NCBI RefSeq assembly: GCF_001194135.2
Contig: NC_068982.1
Location: 191,197,687-191,261,686, forward strand
Reading direction: 5' to 3'
DNA length: 64,000 bases
Origin: Octopus bimaculoides
Lineage: Eukaryota
Positions 13,590 to 26,484 of this stretch are shown one piece after another. Both the position numbers and the translations under genes were made by a program. The notes under the pieces are model-generated. The model saw only the letters and a list, made by a program, of their open reading frames with translations. It did no database searches and was not told the DNA's origin. The number at the start of each line of letters is the position of its first letter. The first letter of the stretch is position 1.

Positions 13590-14700
13590 AAATAGGCATC
13601 CGTCGGTCTCAAGAGGCCAAAAAAATCATGCCAGCTGCTGATGGTGGTGCAGCTTCTGTTGTGGCTGTAGAGACCCACACGGGAGTGGCAGCCAAGCATA
13701 CAGTGACTGCATTGGAAGCAATTCTTTGCTGGTTTTTCCTTTTGTGGCGAGTTCCTCTTTCTCTTCCGCTCTCTTCATTTCCTTTTCCAGGATTTGCCTC
13801 CAGTATGGGCGATCATTTGCGACCTCCTCCCATCTCGGAACGTCCAGATCAAGCGACTTCATATCTTTCGTACAGACGCCCTTGAAGAGAAGACGAGGTC
13901 GTCCTCGTACTCTTGTACCGTGGCCAATTCCTCATACAGGAGGTATTTTGGGATCCTTCCGTCTGGCATGCGATGAACATGGCCGAGCCAACGCAAACGA
14001 CGCTACTGGAGCAAGATGTGTATGCTGGGTATCTTGGCTCGGTTGAGGACTACGGTGTTGGCGATGTGGTCGGTCCACTTGATGTCCAAGATGCGTCTCA
14101 AATTACGATGGTGAAAGACGTTGAGACGCCGCTCCTGTCTAGAGTTGAGGCTCCACGTCTCACTGCCGTAAAGTAGCGTACTAAGAACGCACGCCTTATA
14201 GACAGCAATTTTGGTGTTTGCAGCCAGTTTTTTGCTTTCCCAGATTTTCTTTGTGAGCTTGGCAAATGTGGAGGATGCTTGTTCGATTCGCCTGTTGATG
14301 ACAGGGTCCAGGGAGAGATCATCAGCGATGGTAGAGCCGAGATAGGTGAAATGATGCACTACCTCCAGCTTGTAGTTGTTGATGGTGGGGGTGTGATTGA
14401 CCCATTACTTGGGTCTCCTTCAGACTTGTAGTCAGGCTGAATTCCTGACAGATGTTTTTAGGGATTGTCCACTTCAGAGTGCGCTGCCAGTGCTGCATCG
14501 TCTGCGAACAACATTTCTCTGATGAGTACGTGGCGCACCTTGGATTTTGCTTTCAGCCTCGACAGACTAAACAGTTTGTCGCTTGATCTGTTGTGGATGC
14601 AAATACCATCTGCTGATGTCTCAAATGCATGTTTCAGCATGACTGCGAAGAAGATAACAAATAGGGTGGGGGCCAACACGCAGCCTTGTTTCACGCCACT
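13590..14700 (-). mobile_element. RTE/BovB-like LINE 3' portion
   Basis: KQGCVLAPTLF, MLFADD, FTYLGS, LLYGSETW, RRLRWLGHV; C-terminal Cys/His finger CHSRVGLYSHNRSC. Confidence 0.9.
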
Positions 14701-14704
14701 ACAT

Positions 14705-15910
14705 CAAATAAACTCTGTGTGTGCGTCTGTGTGCGTGCATGTGTGTGTGTGCGCGCGCGAGAGAGAGAGAGAGTGTGTGCATATGTATACATACATGGGT
14801 AAATGGATACGCATATGGATAGATAGTTTTACAGATAGATAGGTACATAGGTAATATGGACAGACGGGCACAAACACACACATACACACATACGTATATA
14901 CAAATGAAGACTTAAGCACATGACCATATACACACAGGCACACTTCACGCAAGGACACATAAGGAGACACACATCCATACATAACAGCCGCACATACATA
15001 ATCACACAAATCCATACACAGACACACTCAAACATGCACATACAGAGAGACAGAGGTACACACACAAATACGTACACACACGCACACACACACACACAAA
15101 CATGAACACACAAGCACATGGAGAGGCAGAATACACGCATACATACAAACGTACACACATGCATACATATATATTTATATATATGCATACACACAAACAT
15201 GCAAAGTACATACATACATGCAAACGTGCACACGTACATAAATCTGTATATGCAGACACACACACACATACACACACACACACACATACATACATGCATG
15301 CATACATACATACATACATACATACATATGTGTACGCGCACGCACACTGACACAAATGCATGAGTACGAAAAGAAAAAAAAGAACGCAAATTCCGATAAC
15401 GGACAGAGTGAACGACTATTGAAAAGGTTGCAAGTTACAACGAAAATTGTAGTAAAAATAAGGAAGTGGATGATTGGAAATCGCTGAGTGTTAAATTAAT
15501 AAGGCACTAAAAGTGAACGACTCTCCCCAGACGCAATGATTAAAAAAAAAATCAGTTTAAGGGAAATAACTCAAAAAGTGTAGCAGAGTTAATTCCCTTA
15601 ACTGTTTTTTATTCTACTTATTGGATGATGTTGGCTCTGTAGTCGAACCTCGGAGATGCACTTTTATTTTTCTAATGTTTTAAATGGTGATTCTTTAACC
15701 CTGGCAGGAACACTCGTTTTTGTCACCATTATGATCATCACCACCATTGCACCACCATGCTCGTTCATTAGAATCGTTGTTAACAGAGTTCTTACTTTTG
15801 AAAATGGTAGTGGTAGGATGGTGGTGGTGGTGGTGACGATGGTGATGATGGTGTTGGTGAGCCCTTATACTTGTTATTTTTAACATACCTCCACGCACGC
15901 GCGCCTGTAT

Positions 15911-15952
<42 letters not shown>

Positions 15953-16347
15953 ACACACTCACACACACACACTTATATACATACGTACGTTAAGACGCAT
16001 GACTCAGTAGTTAGACTGCCTGGCATACAATCATGGGGAAGTGAGTTTGATTCCGAGACCGGGCTGTGTGCTGTGTTCTTGAGCAAGACACTTCATTTCT
16101 CATCACTCCAGTTTACTCAGCTGCAGAAATGAGTTGTGACGTCACTGGTGCCAAGCTGTATCGGCCCCTTTGCCTTTCTCTTGGATAACATCGGTGGTGT
16201 AGAGAGGCTGGTATGCCTTGGCGACTGCTGGTCTTCCATAAACAACCATGCCCGGACTTGTGCCTCGGAGGGGAACTTTCTAGGAGCAATCCCATGGTCA
16301 GTCATGACCAAAGGGGGTCTTTTCACTTTTACTCTTTTAAACACACA

Positions 16348-16392
<45 letters not shown>

Positions 16393-16519
16393 TCACACAC
16401 ACACATACATGCATGCATACATACATGCATGCATGCATACATACATGCATGCATACATACATGCATGCATATATACATACATACATACATACATACATAC
16501 ACACACATACATACATACA

Positions 16520-16553
<34 letters not shown>

Positions 16554-17350
16554 CATGCCTAAATACCAATCTTGAGAAATTATGCTTCTCAAAACCAGGA
16601 AGAAGAAAGATGATTCGAAAACAACAGATCCAATCCATCACTGGAACTGTAAAAATCTGTAAAACTTTCCTCCAGAAGTTTATCCTTTAAATATATATAT
16701 ATGAACATGTCTAGATATGTAACTATATGCATGAGAAGACATACATAAAACAAAACACAAATTTGCACGTATACATACATACATACATATACATGTCTAT
16801 ATTTATATTGAATGTTGTTGTACATGTGGTAAATATGTTTGAAAGTTGTAGTTTATTTGGTATGTTTGTTCCCAAACAGCACTTCTTTTAGTGCTGTTGA
16901 CACCGCCGGATTGAATGGTACTGCCCAGGTGTCGAAACCATAATGATATCCGTGGGGCAGCTGATGATGGACGTATGTTGGAATGTTTTTGTATATGTGG
17001 AATAGTGTTATAACACATCCTTTTGATACATACATACATACATACATACATACAAAAACACCTTGTCACTGATGTTGAAATTGCAATGAAGGAACCTTGG
17101 ATCTGGGTTAGAAACCGGTTCTTTCTCTATTGGCAAGAAATCTTGAAACAAAACGGAATAATGACACACATGCATACATAAATACATATGTACAAAGATA
17201 CATGCATACATACATACATGCATACATAATACATAAATACATGCAGACATGCAGACATACATAAATGCAGACATACATAAACACATACATACAGAAATGC
17301 ATGCATACATACATACATACATACATACATACATACATACATACATACAT
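14705..17350. repeat. Cluster of compound (CA)n/(TACA)n/(CATG)n microsatellites
   Basis: Arrays at 14705-15360, 15900-15985, 16340-16560 and 17030-17350. These generate many of the spurious low-complexity ORFs in the track. Confidence 0.95.
15990..16325 (+). mobile_element. tRNA-derived SINE, third family
   Basis: tRNA-like head with gagtttgattcc B-box-like motif, then gtgttcttgagcaagacactt...ccagtttactcagctg; sits between microsatellites. Confidence 0.65.
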
Positions 17351-17970
17351 GATGGTTGCGATTCGATTGCAATCAACGCCTTCGTTTCATTGTTCTCTAT
17401 GAGCAATAAAGATGTGACTTTTCTCTTCTGCTAGGGACCAACACACTTTTACCTGAATGTAACTACAATGGGTGCCTCTTGCAGCAGACATTCAGAGAGC
17501 TTACCATTCATGAAAGCTTACCATTCCTTCATTTCATCATGGAACTTTTCCTTAAACGTGTTTCCTCTCATGGCGCCATTCAAACACTTAATAGGGATAT
17601 TAAGAATCGAGTGATGCCTGAATCTTACGATTTTCAAAGTGAAGAAAGGCCCTGCACAGGTTCAATCCTACCCTTTAAACAACATATATATTGGCCCCCA
17701 AAAAAGAAGAACTATTCCACAGCAATGGATGCAAATGAAGGTGTTTCATGAGAGTTTTTTGTTCTTCCTAGAGAGATGTCTAAACAAAGACTAGGAGACT
17801 CTCTCGTTCCCAGATGTTGGATGATCATTGATTAGACTGAGTGCATCCAACGTTTGCATTTTCTTAGATGAAAACCATACATATTACCAAGTAGGTTTGG
17901 TAGGGTTGCCGGCTTAGTCGCCGACGGCCTCCCGAGGTACACACGCGTGTGCGCACGCGCACGCACACGC

Positions 17971-18004
<34 letters not shown>

Positions 18005-18006
<2 letters not shown>

Positions 18007-18715
18007 GTTTACCTTTCTGTATTCGTCTTTTGCAAGATTCTTGTGTAAACTCGTGTGTTGAAATAGATATTGTTGTATTTGGGGACGGTCATGTTGCCAA
18101 TTTAGCCAATGAAAACACACGCACTATTTATTCGGTATTCGCTTGCTTCAACCTAAATAGAAAACTAGAATGGAACGCTTGGATACACCCCATACCACAA
18201 CCTGATGACAGAATTAGATCGCCATAAACTAATAATAATATGAAACTAATACAATAGATAATAAATAAGTGGAATTAAGTAATTAAATACATAAACAAAA
18301 CATAAATTAATAAAAAATTAAGATAAAAACAAACCAATAAATAAAATGAATAAAATAAAATGAACGTGAATAAACAGGGGATACTGATGATGCAGGAACC
18401 ATACACATTTCCCCCCCCCACACACACACACACACACCCTTACCAAACGTAGACACACACAGGGATATAGGCATGTGCAAATAAAGACACAACAGGAACA
18501 CAAAATGGCAGATGGTTAGGACGGAGAGACACACACAAAAAAAGAAGAAAGCAAAGGATTACTGATGAAGTCACAGAAGTGTGACGAAAGAACTCTGGTC
18601 AAAATATAATTAATATGAAATAAAGCTGAAGCAAGCGAACACCGAATAAATAGTGCGTGTGTTTTCATCGGCTAAATTGGCAACATGACCATCCCCAAAT
18701 ACATTATATATATAT
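18005..18715. mobile_element. Penelope-like non-autonomous unit with divergent inverted terminal repeats
   Basis: 18074-18150 and 18627-18703 are inverted copies (74/77 identical by hand). The right copy is preceded by the hammerhead, and both outer ends abut (TA)n/(CA)n. Confidence 0.55.
18557..18600 (+). ncRNA. Minimal type I hammerhead ribozyme fold in a Penelope-type terminal repeat
   Basis: Stem I GAUUA/UGGUC; core CUGAUGA(A); stem II GUCACA-GAAG-UGUGAC; GAAA; stem III AG-AA-CU; cleavage triplet CUC (predicted cut after 18595). AATAAA follows at 18619-18624. Confidence 0.75.
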
Positions 18716-20149
18716 ATATATNNNNNNNNNNNNNNNNNNNNNNNNNNNNNNNNNNNNNNNNNNNNNNNNNNNNNNNNNNNNNNNNNNNNNNNNNNNNNNN
18801 NNNNNNNNNNNNNNNNNNNNNNNNNNTATATATACAGTAAAACAAGGAACATATCTATATATATTATTTAGAATAGACATAAGAATTACGAGATACAAAT
18901 ACATGTATATTTTTACTTTATGTAATTCTTATTTTTATTCTAAGAAACAACTACAACATCACAGCAGGAGGAGGAGGAGGAGGAGGAGGATAATTAGGCA
19001 TCCCAACGGAAAGGACAGTAACAGAGAGTGCACAGTCAAGGAATAACATCCCTCTAAAAAAAAAAACCCATCTCATACCAACTTTCCCCTCCTCTTCCGA
19101 ATTTTCACCAAATAACGAAGTTGAGGAGGATCGGAGGGGAAGATTGAATGGGGGGAATTCCAGAAAGGACCCCACCAGAATTCTATAAATATTTGCTGTT
19201 AAAATTCCACCATGACATGTAGGTTTTCAAAATAATAATTACCTAATTAATGCTGCAGGAGACCTTTCAGGGATCTCTAAAAAGCAAATTGCCCACTTAA
19301 TCTGAATGTAGGGAAATGAACTCTGACTAATTAATCAATATTGAAAGTCGGTTGTTTAATGACCACCGGTCACTAGATTTAAATGTGGTAGCGATCAGCG
19401 AGACTGGAATTTCCAGGATGAACATCATCGTCGTCGTCGTCGTCGTTGTCCTCCTCCTCCTCCTCCTTTTTCAATTGTGAACCCTGCTACGCTTATCTCG
19501 GATTGATCAGGTGATTATTCATATGATTTGCTTTTATCTCGAAAACGCAACCCAGCAGCCACCCACAATTCTCGGCTACCCAGGATCCACTGACTATCGC
19601 TTGTGCTTGCACGACTGTGGTGTGAGGGTGTTTATTTTTTATCCGGATTTACATATTCGTACACATCAACATAAGAACAAAGGACAGGAAGCAATGAAGG
19701 CGTCTGATCCTAACAAATAACACAGACGGGTGCATTTTCTACAGGAAAAGATAAAGGTGAACGAGAAAATATGTGATAAAAGAGGGTAGATGCATAATCA
19801 ACATATTTTCCTGCCAAATGAAAGCGTTTACTTGTAAAATGGCGCCGTAATTGATACTGAATACTATTGACTCGTTGTTCAATTTCTCCTCACAAACAAG
19901 ACACTGGGAATAGGTCATACTTCTAGTCCATATTAAATGAAGCTGGATGATAGATAAAAATCGAAACTCTGTCAACTCTTCTGACTCTTAACTGCATTTA
20001 ATGAGCCTCTTTTACTTTACAGAGTTGATTCTATGCCATCGCTCTCATTAACTAATCCACAACGACCAACTATCAATCTGTACAGACTGCCTGTTAGGGT
20101 ATTCTCAGTGTAGAGTCTGTCGTTGCGTGTCATTCGCTTCTTCCTTGCC

Positions 20150-21040
20150 ATAAATCAATTCATTTTGATTGAACTTCTATCTAGAATGTAAATAACGAAG
20201 AAATTAACAAAATATAGTCAAGTGATTCATACAGAAATTTCTAAATATTCACTAACAGATCACAAATTTTACAAATGGAGCTAGCGAATGATTTCAAACC
20301 ATACCATCCACATGAAGTAGTTTCCCTTGTTAATGATTTTAGAACTCTGTTCGGAGTGAGGTGATCTCCCTTCATTTCACTGGTCTGACTTCAAAGTCGA
20401 AATAACCACTTGATCTGCCTTGACCAATTAGAACTAATTCCATTTATTATTCAACAGTGGATTGAGCATCAAGGACAACTGAAGCTAAATTTTATTGACT
20501 TTAAAAAGGCATTTGACTGAGTCCTTGTAGAGAGTTGTCTTTGCCTATGGCATTCCTCAACGTTTTGTTTAAACCTTTAAAGAATTTAAGGCAGCGAGTT
20601 GGAAGAATCATTTGAATGTCTGGAAAAATGCTTAGCAGCGTTTCCATCTTCATGTTCTGAGTTCAAATTCCACCGAGGTCGACTTTGCCTTTCATCGTTT
20701 CGGGATGGATATAATAAGTACCAGTTGAACACTGGGGATCGATGCTTCGTTCGAACAGAAACAAGCAAAATAGACTTCTTCGACATCCTTACTGGAGTGA
20801 GTGTTCTAAAGATAAACAATAAACATACTCCATGGAGGAAGACAAAAGAAACAATAGGCAAAACTGACGTTGCTCGCTAAAGATGATAAAAACCTTACAA
20901 CAGCTGATGAGGACTGGAAGAAAACGGTGGAAGGATTGCTCTGAGAATCAGTATGAAAAAGATCAAAACAACGAACTTTACAGAACGTCAAACAGCAAAG
21001 ATCAAAAGAAACACGTGATCCAAGTAGCAGAACAATGCCA
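20150..21040 (+). mobile_element. Highly decayed RTE-type RT fragment interrupted by a SINE
   Basis: LNFIDFKKAFD near 20487-20520, then YGIPQRFV. SINE at 20588-20760. Boundaries approximate. Confidence 0.5.
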
Positions 21041-21049
21041 TTCTAAAGC

Positions 21050-21310
21050 GACATGAGAGAGGCTTGTAGTGGCGCAAAATTATGGCCGCTATGCTAGGAA
21101 GTGCAATTACGCATGTGCAAGGGACTTGCCTTTCCAGAAGCCCCTCGAGTGCGCATGCGTAATAAACCAGTACTTAAAGCGTTTCGCGCGCTTTCTAACA
21201 TCTTTAGCGCGATGACTTCGAAGTGAAAACAACTCGCTCCGCTGGGATGGCTTAACGAAGTTCTTGATCTCCCCATGCTGTTTACACGTCAACCAGAGGC
21301 GACCAGGCTG
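21050..21310. promoter_or_regulatory. CpG-rich promoter-like island with NRF1-like and E2F-like motifs
   Basis: TGCGCATGCGTA near 21148-21159 and TTTCGCGC near 21182-21189 in a locally CpG-dense patch. No linked gene identified. Confidence 0.25.
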
Positions 21311-23899
21311 ACTGAAACCGTGTTTGTAAAGCCAAGCAACAACAAATAAAACTTATTTATTATGCTGTTATTTGTTCACACCTGCGTTTGTTCTCTGTTT
21401 CCTAGTATATTTTATTGAAAGATGATAGAGAAAGACTAATGTCTCAATGTCCCTATCAACCTTTTACAGGCTAACATCATGGCTGGATGCTGGAAAGCAC
21501 GCAGCTGCCCAACGGGTTCGAGAGTAGAGGAGGAACTGAGACTGTGATTCTGTATGTGTATGAAACTCGGAGTATTTTAAGAATGACTCGCCAAATGTTT
21601 GCCTCCGCATCATATAATGAATGTTCCTTTCTTCTGTGTGGATATATAAATGTGTGTGTGTGTGTGTGTGTTGGCGAGTCTTCCGGCGATCTATATCATT
21701 GCGAAAATTGGGAATCGGGCCTTTTCGAATGAAGTCCCTTAGTCGGTGAGATAAACAAATCCATCAGAATAACAGTATTGTAAGATTAACGACGCCATTG
21801 TTCGCTTGTTCACTGTGATAATAAACAAATAAATTGATAAATAAATAAAATCGCCTCGCCTCTCTCGAAACCCAAATTAGTTTTAAACTGCTGCATTTTG
21901 TAATTAAAAAGGCGTAGTCGCATTGTAAATGAGAACTCAGCTATTTCTTGATATATCATAACAAACGACATATCATAACATATTTGTCTCAAGAGAAATA
22001 AATAAACAAAAGCAATAAAAAATATTTCTGCGAATGAAGTAGAAAAGCAAATATTAATTTAATCTTACGATAATTTTTACCATGATGGGGCGAAATTTCA
22101 CCCAATTACTAATTATCGGTAATTAGGTGAAATTTATTACCGGTGTTGTCGCTAACACCGTCTCTGGATTTCTCGTGATTTTGTGTCACTTCTGTTCCTC
22201 TTTGCTAAAGTCGCCGTCCATAAACCTAGAATGCGTCCCATTTCTAAAATCTCTCAGTCCTTCTCTTAAGACTGTCGTCTGCTAAATAGCCATCGCAATC
22301 TTCGTTAACATTTGCATATCGCAAAATTACATCGCTGAGTGCTTCCTGACCTTCAGAAATTCAAAATTTTGTTTTGTGTTATTGAAGACAACTGGATTCC
22401 CAACGATAACTGACTGATTGAGAGAAAGATGGGAGAGAGAGGGAAAGAAAAACAGTGAGAGACAGAGAGTAAAAGAGACAAAAAAAGGTAAGAGAAGGAT
22501 AGATATCAGTAATATTTCATTAAGAGAGAGAGAGAGCGAGGATGGAGTAGAAGAGGTGGTGTGCGATGCTAACATTGCACTGTGTAAATGGCTGACATAA
22601 TCATATTGTTGTTAGAGCAACATAGAGTGACTTTCATTGCAGTGCCTCAACCGTAACGACAGTCTGTTGGACACGCTTTCTCTCCAACGTGTAATCGCTG
22701 CCGGAAGATCAAATGGAATGAGATGTTAGAATTAATTAGAATTTAAAATATAGGAATACACTTTACTGGTTTCACACCAGATTTTCAAAAGTGTATAGTA
22801 TATGGAGCTGTGTCGCGATTTGCACCTATTCTGATCGTTGTTATAAAAATAGTTCGTTTTGAAAGTAGGAATGACTTGAGAATGCTATCCGTTAACGTAC
22901 AAACTGATTGGTCAACGTTCGTGTATTAAGTTCATCTGCCAGTCGCACGAAAAGGTCACATAAAAGCTCATTTCCATATATATCTTATTAAAAAAAAATG
23001 AGTAGTGATAGTCGTACCCCAAAGTTTTTCCTAATAGTTCGTCAAGCGACCTGATGAACAACTACATTTGAAGCTCCGAAGTTACAACTTACATGCATTT
23101 CATTTGAATAATGTATTTACACTCTACAATTGTCGATTTACGTTAGCCAACATTTTCAGTGTTTCTTACAAAGGCATACTACATATACATGCATGTATAT
23201 AAACATGCATACATATACACATATATGGAGTTTCTTTGTGAAACAGAAGTCGCAAGACACTGAGACATTTTTTTTATTATCTGTACTTTATCTAACATTG
23301 CTCATAAGATGTCGGTGATCTGTTCTTTATCTCTCGAGTTCCAAATATGCTTTGAAAGTAAAGTAGTATTTTTCGGGTGGATATGAAGGAATGAACTTTG
23401 GTGTGTATGACTCTTGAAAAAGTACTGTATAAGCAGTATTTCGTCTGTCTTCATGTTCTGAGCTCAAATTCTGCCGAGGTCGACTTTGCCTTCCCTCTCT
23501 CCCGAAATTGCTGGCCTTGTGCCAAAATTTGAAACCAATATTTTCGCGCTGTGGCTCATGTGGCATTCAATATTTTTTGAGCAGGTATACCTCACCTTAA
23601 TTTTATTTTTGTTGAACAGCTAGTGGAATTTATGGCTTCTGGAAATGTTTTTTAATATCGGTTTTTACACCAATATCATATGGCGGGTTATAACATTTAA
23701 AACTTCTTTTCTTAGTAAATCGAGGCAGATTGCTATTCGTGGTTGGTGAGTGATTTATTTCGAGGTATCGCGGCGATGCTTCATGGGAGTACTTTATAAT
23801 ACTTTGAAATAGTCTCTAGTGCGCTGCAAACCAGATGAAGATAGCTTTGTCAAAGGATAATGCATTTATCTTCTCACAGGTGTTCACTGTTCGATGTCG

Positions 23900-24440
23900 C
23901 TGGGTGGATAGTTGTGCTTGAGTGGATGCACAAAGGAGTAGATGTGCAATGGGATGCTGTTAGCTTTCTTAAACAGTTCGTGTGAGTTTACTTCCAGAAT
24001 GGCGCCCAGGAAGTTTAGTATTGTAAGACGAGCAAATATTCCAATCTCCAAAAGTTGATACTCTTCAAGGCAGAAGTGAGGCCCGCAATGGAGTATTCGG
24101 TCCGAATCTGGGACGTTGCTGTTACTCTACTCGGAGACATCCTGGATCGCATCTAGACAAAGACCATTCGACTGATTGTCTTTTTAACCACTAACAGACA
24201 CATTCCAGTCTCTGCTCAATGAGTATGCTGTATCCTTTCTCCGTTTTTTTTTCTTTTCGTTACTACCCCCACCCACGCATCATTCTTGTTGCTTCTACCT
24301 CTCACCCTCCGATCTCACACGAATCGTTATGTTCAATCCTTCTTCCTCAAAACCTAGTCCCACTAGAATCTATTCCTTGCTCATGTCTCTCCTGCAGCTG
24401 TTGAGCCACAACAATTTCGATGGAATGTTAGCGACATCAA
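23900..24440 (+). mobile_element. CR1/L2/Jockey-group LINE 3' fragment
   Basis: LFKAEVRPAMEYSVRIW...LDRI*TKTIRLI...FFRYY pattern; homologous to 31330-31900. Confidence 0.6.
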
Positions 24441-24724
24441 ACTCCACTGGTCTTGTAGGATCTGAAAGATCTCATGGACATTTCCCCTCTCCTCAAACTC
24501 AACAAGTAAAAAACCCTTACTCGTTCGCTACTTAACATCCTAGGCTAATATCCTAACTTAACAACACTTCTCACTTACTCTGCTTTCTAACGGTTTTCAT
24601 GACCGATATTCTATACAGTGTCAATATGTGTCATGTCTATTCAACCTGTTTATACACATGTAATTTTAGGACAACTATTAATGTTGTCTGTTTTTTTACT
24701 GTCTGCTATGAATTAATCAAATCT

Positions 24725-24805
24725 AACTCTGAAGAGATACAATAATCCATATTTTATAATATGCATGAGTTAGTCGGGATATTGCATCGAAATGGTCATA
24801 GGTCA
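24725..24805 (+). ncRNA. Degenerate hammerhead-like motif with an extended stem II in a Penelope-like 3' end
   Basis: CTGAAGA at 24729-24735, stem II gatacaata/tattgcatc, GAAA at 24789-24792, then AATAAA and a (TA)n run. Stems I and III are imperfect. Confidence 0.35.
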
Positions 24806-24850
24806 TAATAAAGTTTTTACAATGGATCACCTTTTAGCTCTTATTTAAAT

Positions 24851-24883
<33 letters not shown>

Positions 24884-26264
24884 NNNNNNNNNNNNNNNNN
24901 NNNNNNNNNNNNNNNNNNNNNNNNNNNNNNNNNNNNNNNNNNNNNNNNNNNNNNNNNNNNNNNNNNNNNNNNNNNNNNNNNNNNNNNNNNNNNNNNNNNN
25001 NNNNNNNNNNNNNNNNNNNNNNNNNNNNNNNNNNNNNNNNNNNNNNNNNNNNNNNNNNNNNNNNNNNNNNNNNNNNNNNNNNNNNNNNNNNNNNNNNNNN
25101 NNNNNNNNNNNNNNNNNNNNNNNNNNNNNNNNNNNNNNNNNNNNNNNNNNNNNNNNNNNNNNNNNNNNNNNNNNNNNNNNNNNNNNNNNNNNNNNNNNNN
25201 NNNNNNNNNNNNNNNNNNNNNNNNNNNNNNNNNNNNNNNNNNNNNNNNNNNNNNNNNNNNNNNNNNNNNNNNNNNNNNNNNNNNNNNNNNNNNNNNNNNN
25301 NNNNNNNNNNNNNNNNNNNNNNNNNNNNNNNNNNNNNNNNNNNNNNNNNNNNNNNNNNNNNNNNNNNNNNNNNNNNNNNNNNNNNNNNNNNNNNNNNNNN
25401 NNNNNNNNNNNNNNNNNNNNNNNNNNNNNNNNNNNNNNNNNNNNNNNNNNNNNNNNNNNNNNNNNNNNNNNNNNNNNNNNNNNNNNNNNNNNNNNNNNNN
25501 NNNNNNNNNNNNNNNNNNNNNNNNNNNNNNNNNNNNNNNNNNNNNNNNNNNNNNNNNNNNNNNNNNNNNNNNNNNNNNNNNNNNNNNNNNNNNNNNNNNN
25601 NTAGAAAAGAAAAACAGTGAGCACAAACACATGCACATAAATACTGACGCACACCGCAATGTGTTTTCGAAACCTCAAGTTTCATTTTGCAGATGTTTGT
25701 GAGGCGTGGCAGTGTGTATGGACGCGTGCCTACCTTCTTTCTTTCTTTCTTTCTTTCTATCGTATTAAATTCCGATATAATTGTAATCTGCACCGTCTGA
25801 AAAGTACTTGTAAAAAGGAGGTTATGAGGAAACAAAGTCGACTCGTGTCAATTTTCCAAAACTCCTCTCCCCACTCACGGAAAATAATTTTTAACTTATT
25901 TAGAAAATTTCATTAGAAATTATCCATTTTCCTGAAAGATATGAGGAAACAAAGTCAGAAGGGCACACTTGTGTAGGTATGCCTATACATACATACATAC
26001 ATACATACATACATACATACATGTATAGACATACACTACATTACATACATGCATGTCTACATCTACGTCTACACACTCTTTATATTACTCCTCTTTTTGT
26101 CTCTCATTCTCTTGTCTCTCTGTCTCCCTCCTTCTCTCTCTCTGATTCCCTCCCTCTCTCTCTATTACTCTTTCTAACTTCGACGCTCTCTCTCTCGTTT
26201 CCATTCTCACTCTCTCCGTTATTGATTCTACTCACTTTCTGGGGACGTAATACGTCGAAATACA

Positions 26265-26484
26265 TGACGTCACCTAATTCATTCTCCACCGACCTCAATT
26301 GAGTTGGATTACAACATTCTCGCCGCCGCCTCCTTCACCCTCTGCAGTTGCCACCCTTTTTATTGCCGAGTACCTTTACCAAACAATAAATATTCTAGTT
26401 CCAGCTGCGGCTTTCGCTTTCACATTAAATACCTTCGGAACAACACACACTTCCCAACTGTTATATCACTCAACGCAAGTAAGT
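26265..26484 (+). promoter_or_regulatory. Candidate promoter and non-coding first exon (CRE, Inr-like, ATG-free exon, donor)
   Basis: Perfect CRE palindrome TGACGTCA at 26265-26272 and Inr-like TCATTC at 26279-26284. A 198-nt ATG-free stretch (26281-26478) ends at a GTAAGT donor at 26479. Confidence 0.4.

Noticed and set aside
16820-17000. Weak resemblance to an R4 C-terminus (LKEVLFGNKH)
   Set aside because: Too degenerate, with no TAA tail adjacent.
17085-17140. caATGAAG-gaacc...ggtta-GAAACCGGTT, reminiscent of a minimal hammerhead
   Set aside because: The CUGA core is absent and stem I is out of register; at best a remote fossil.
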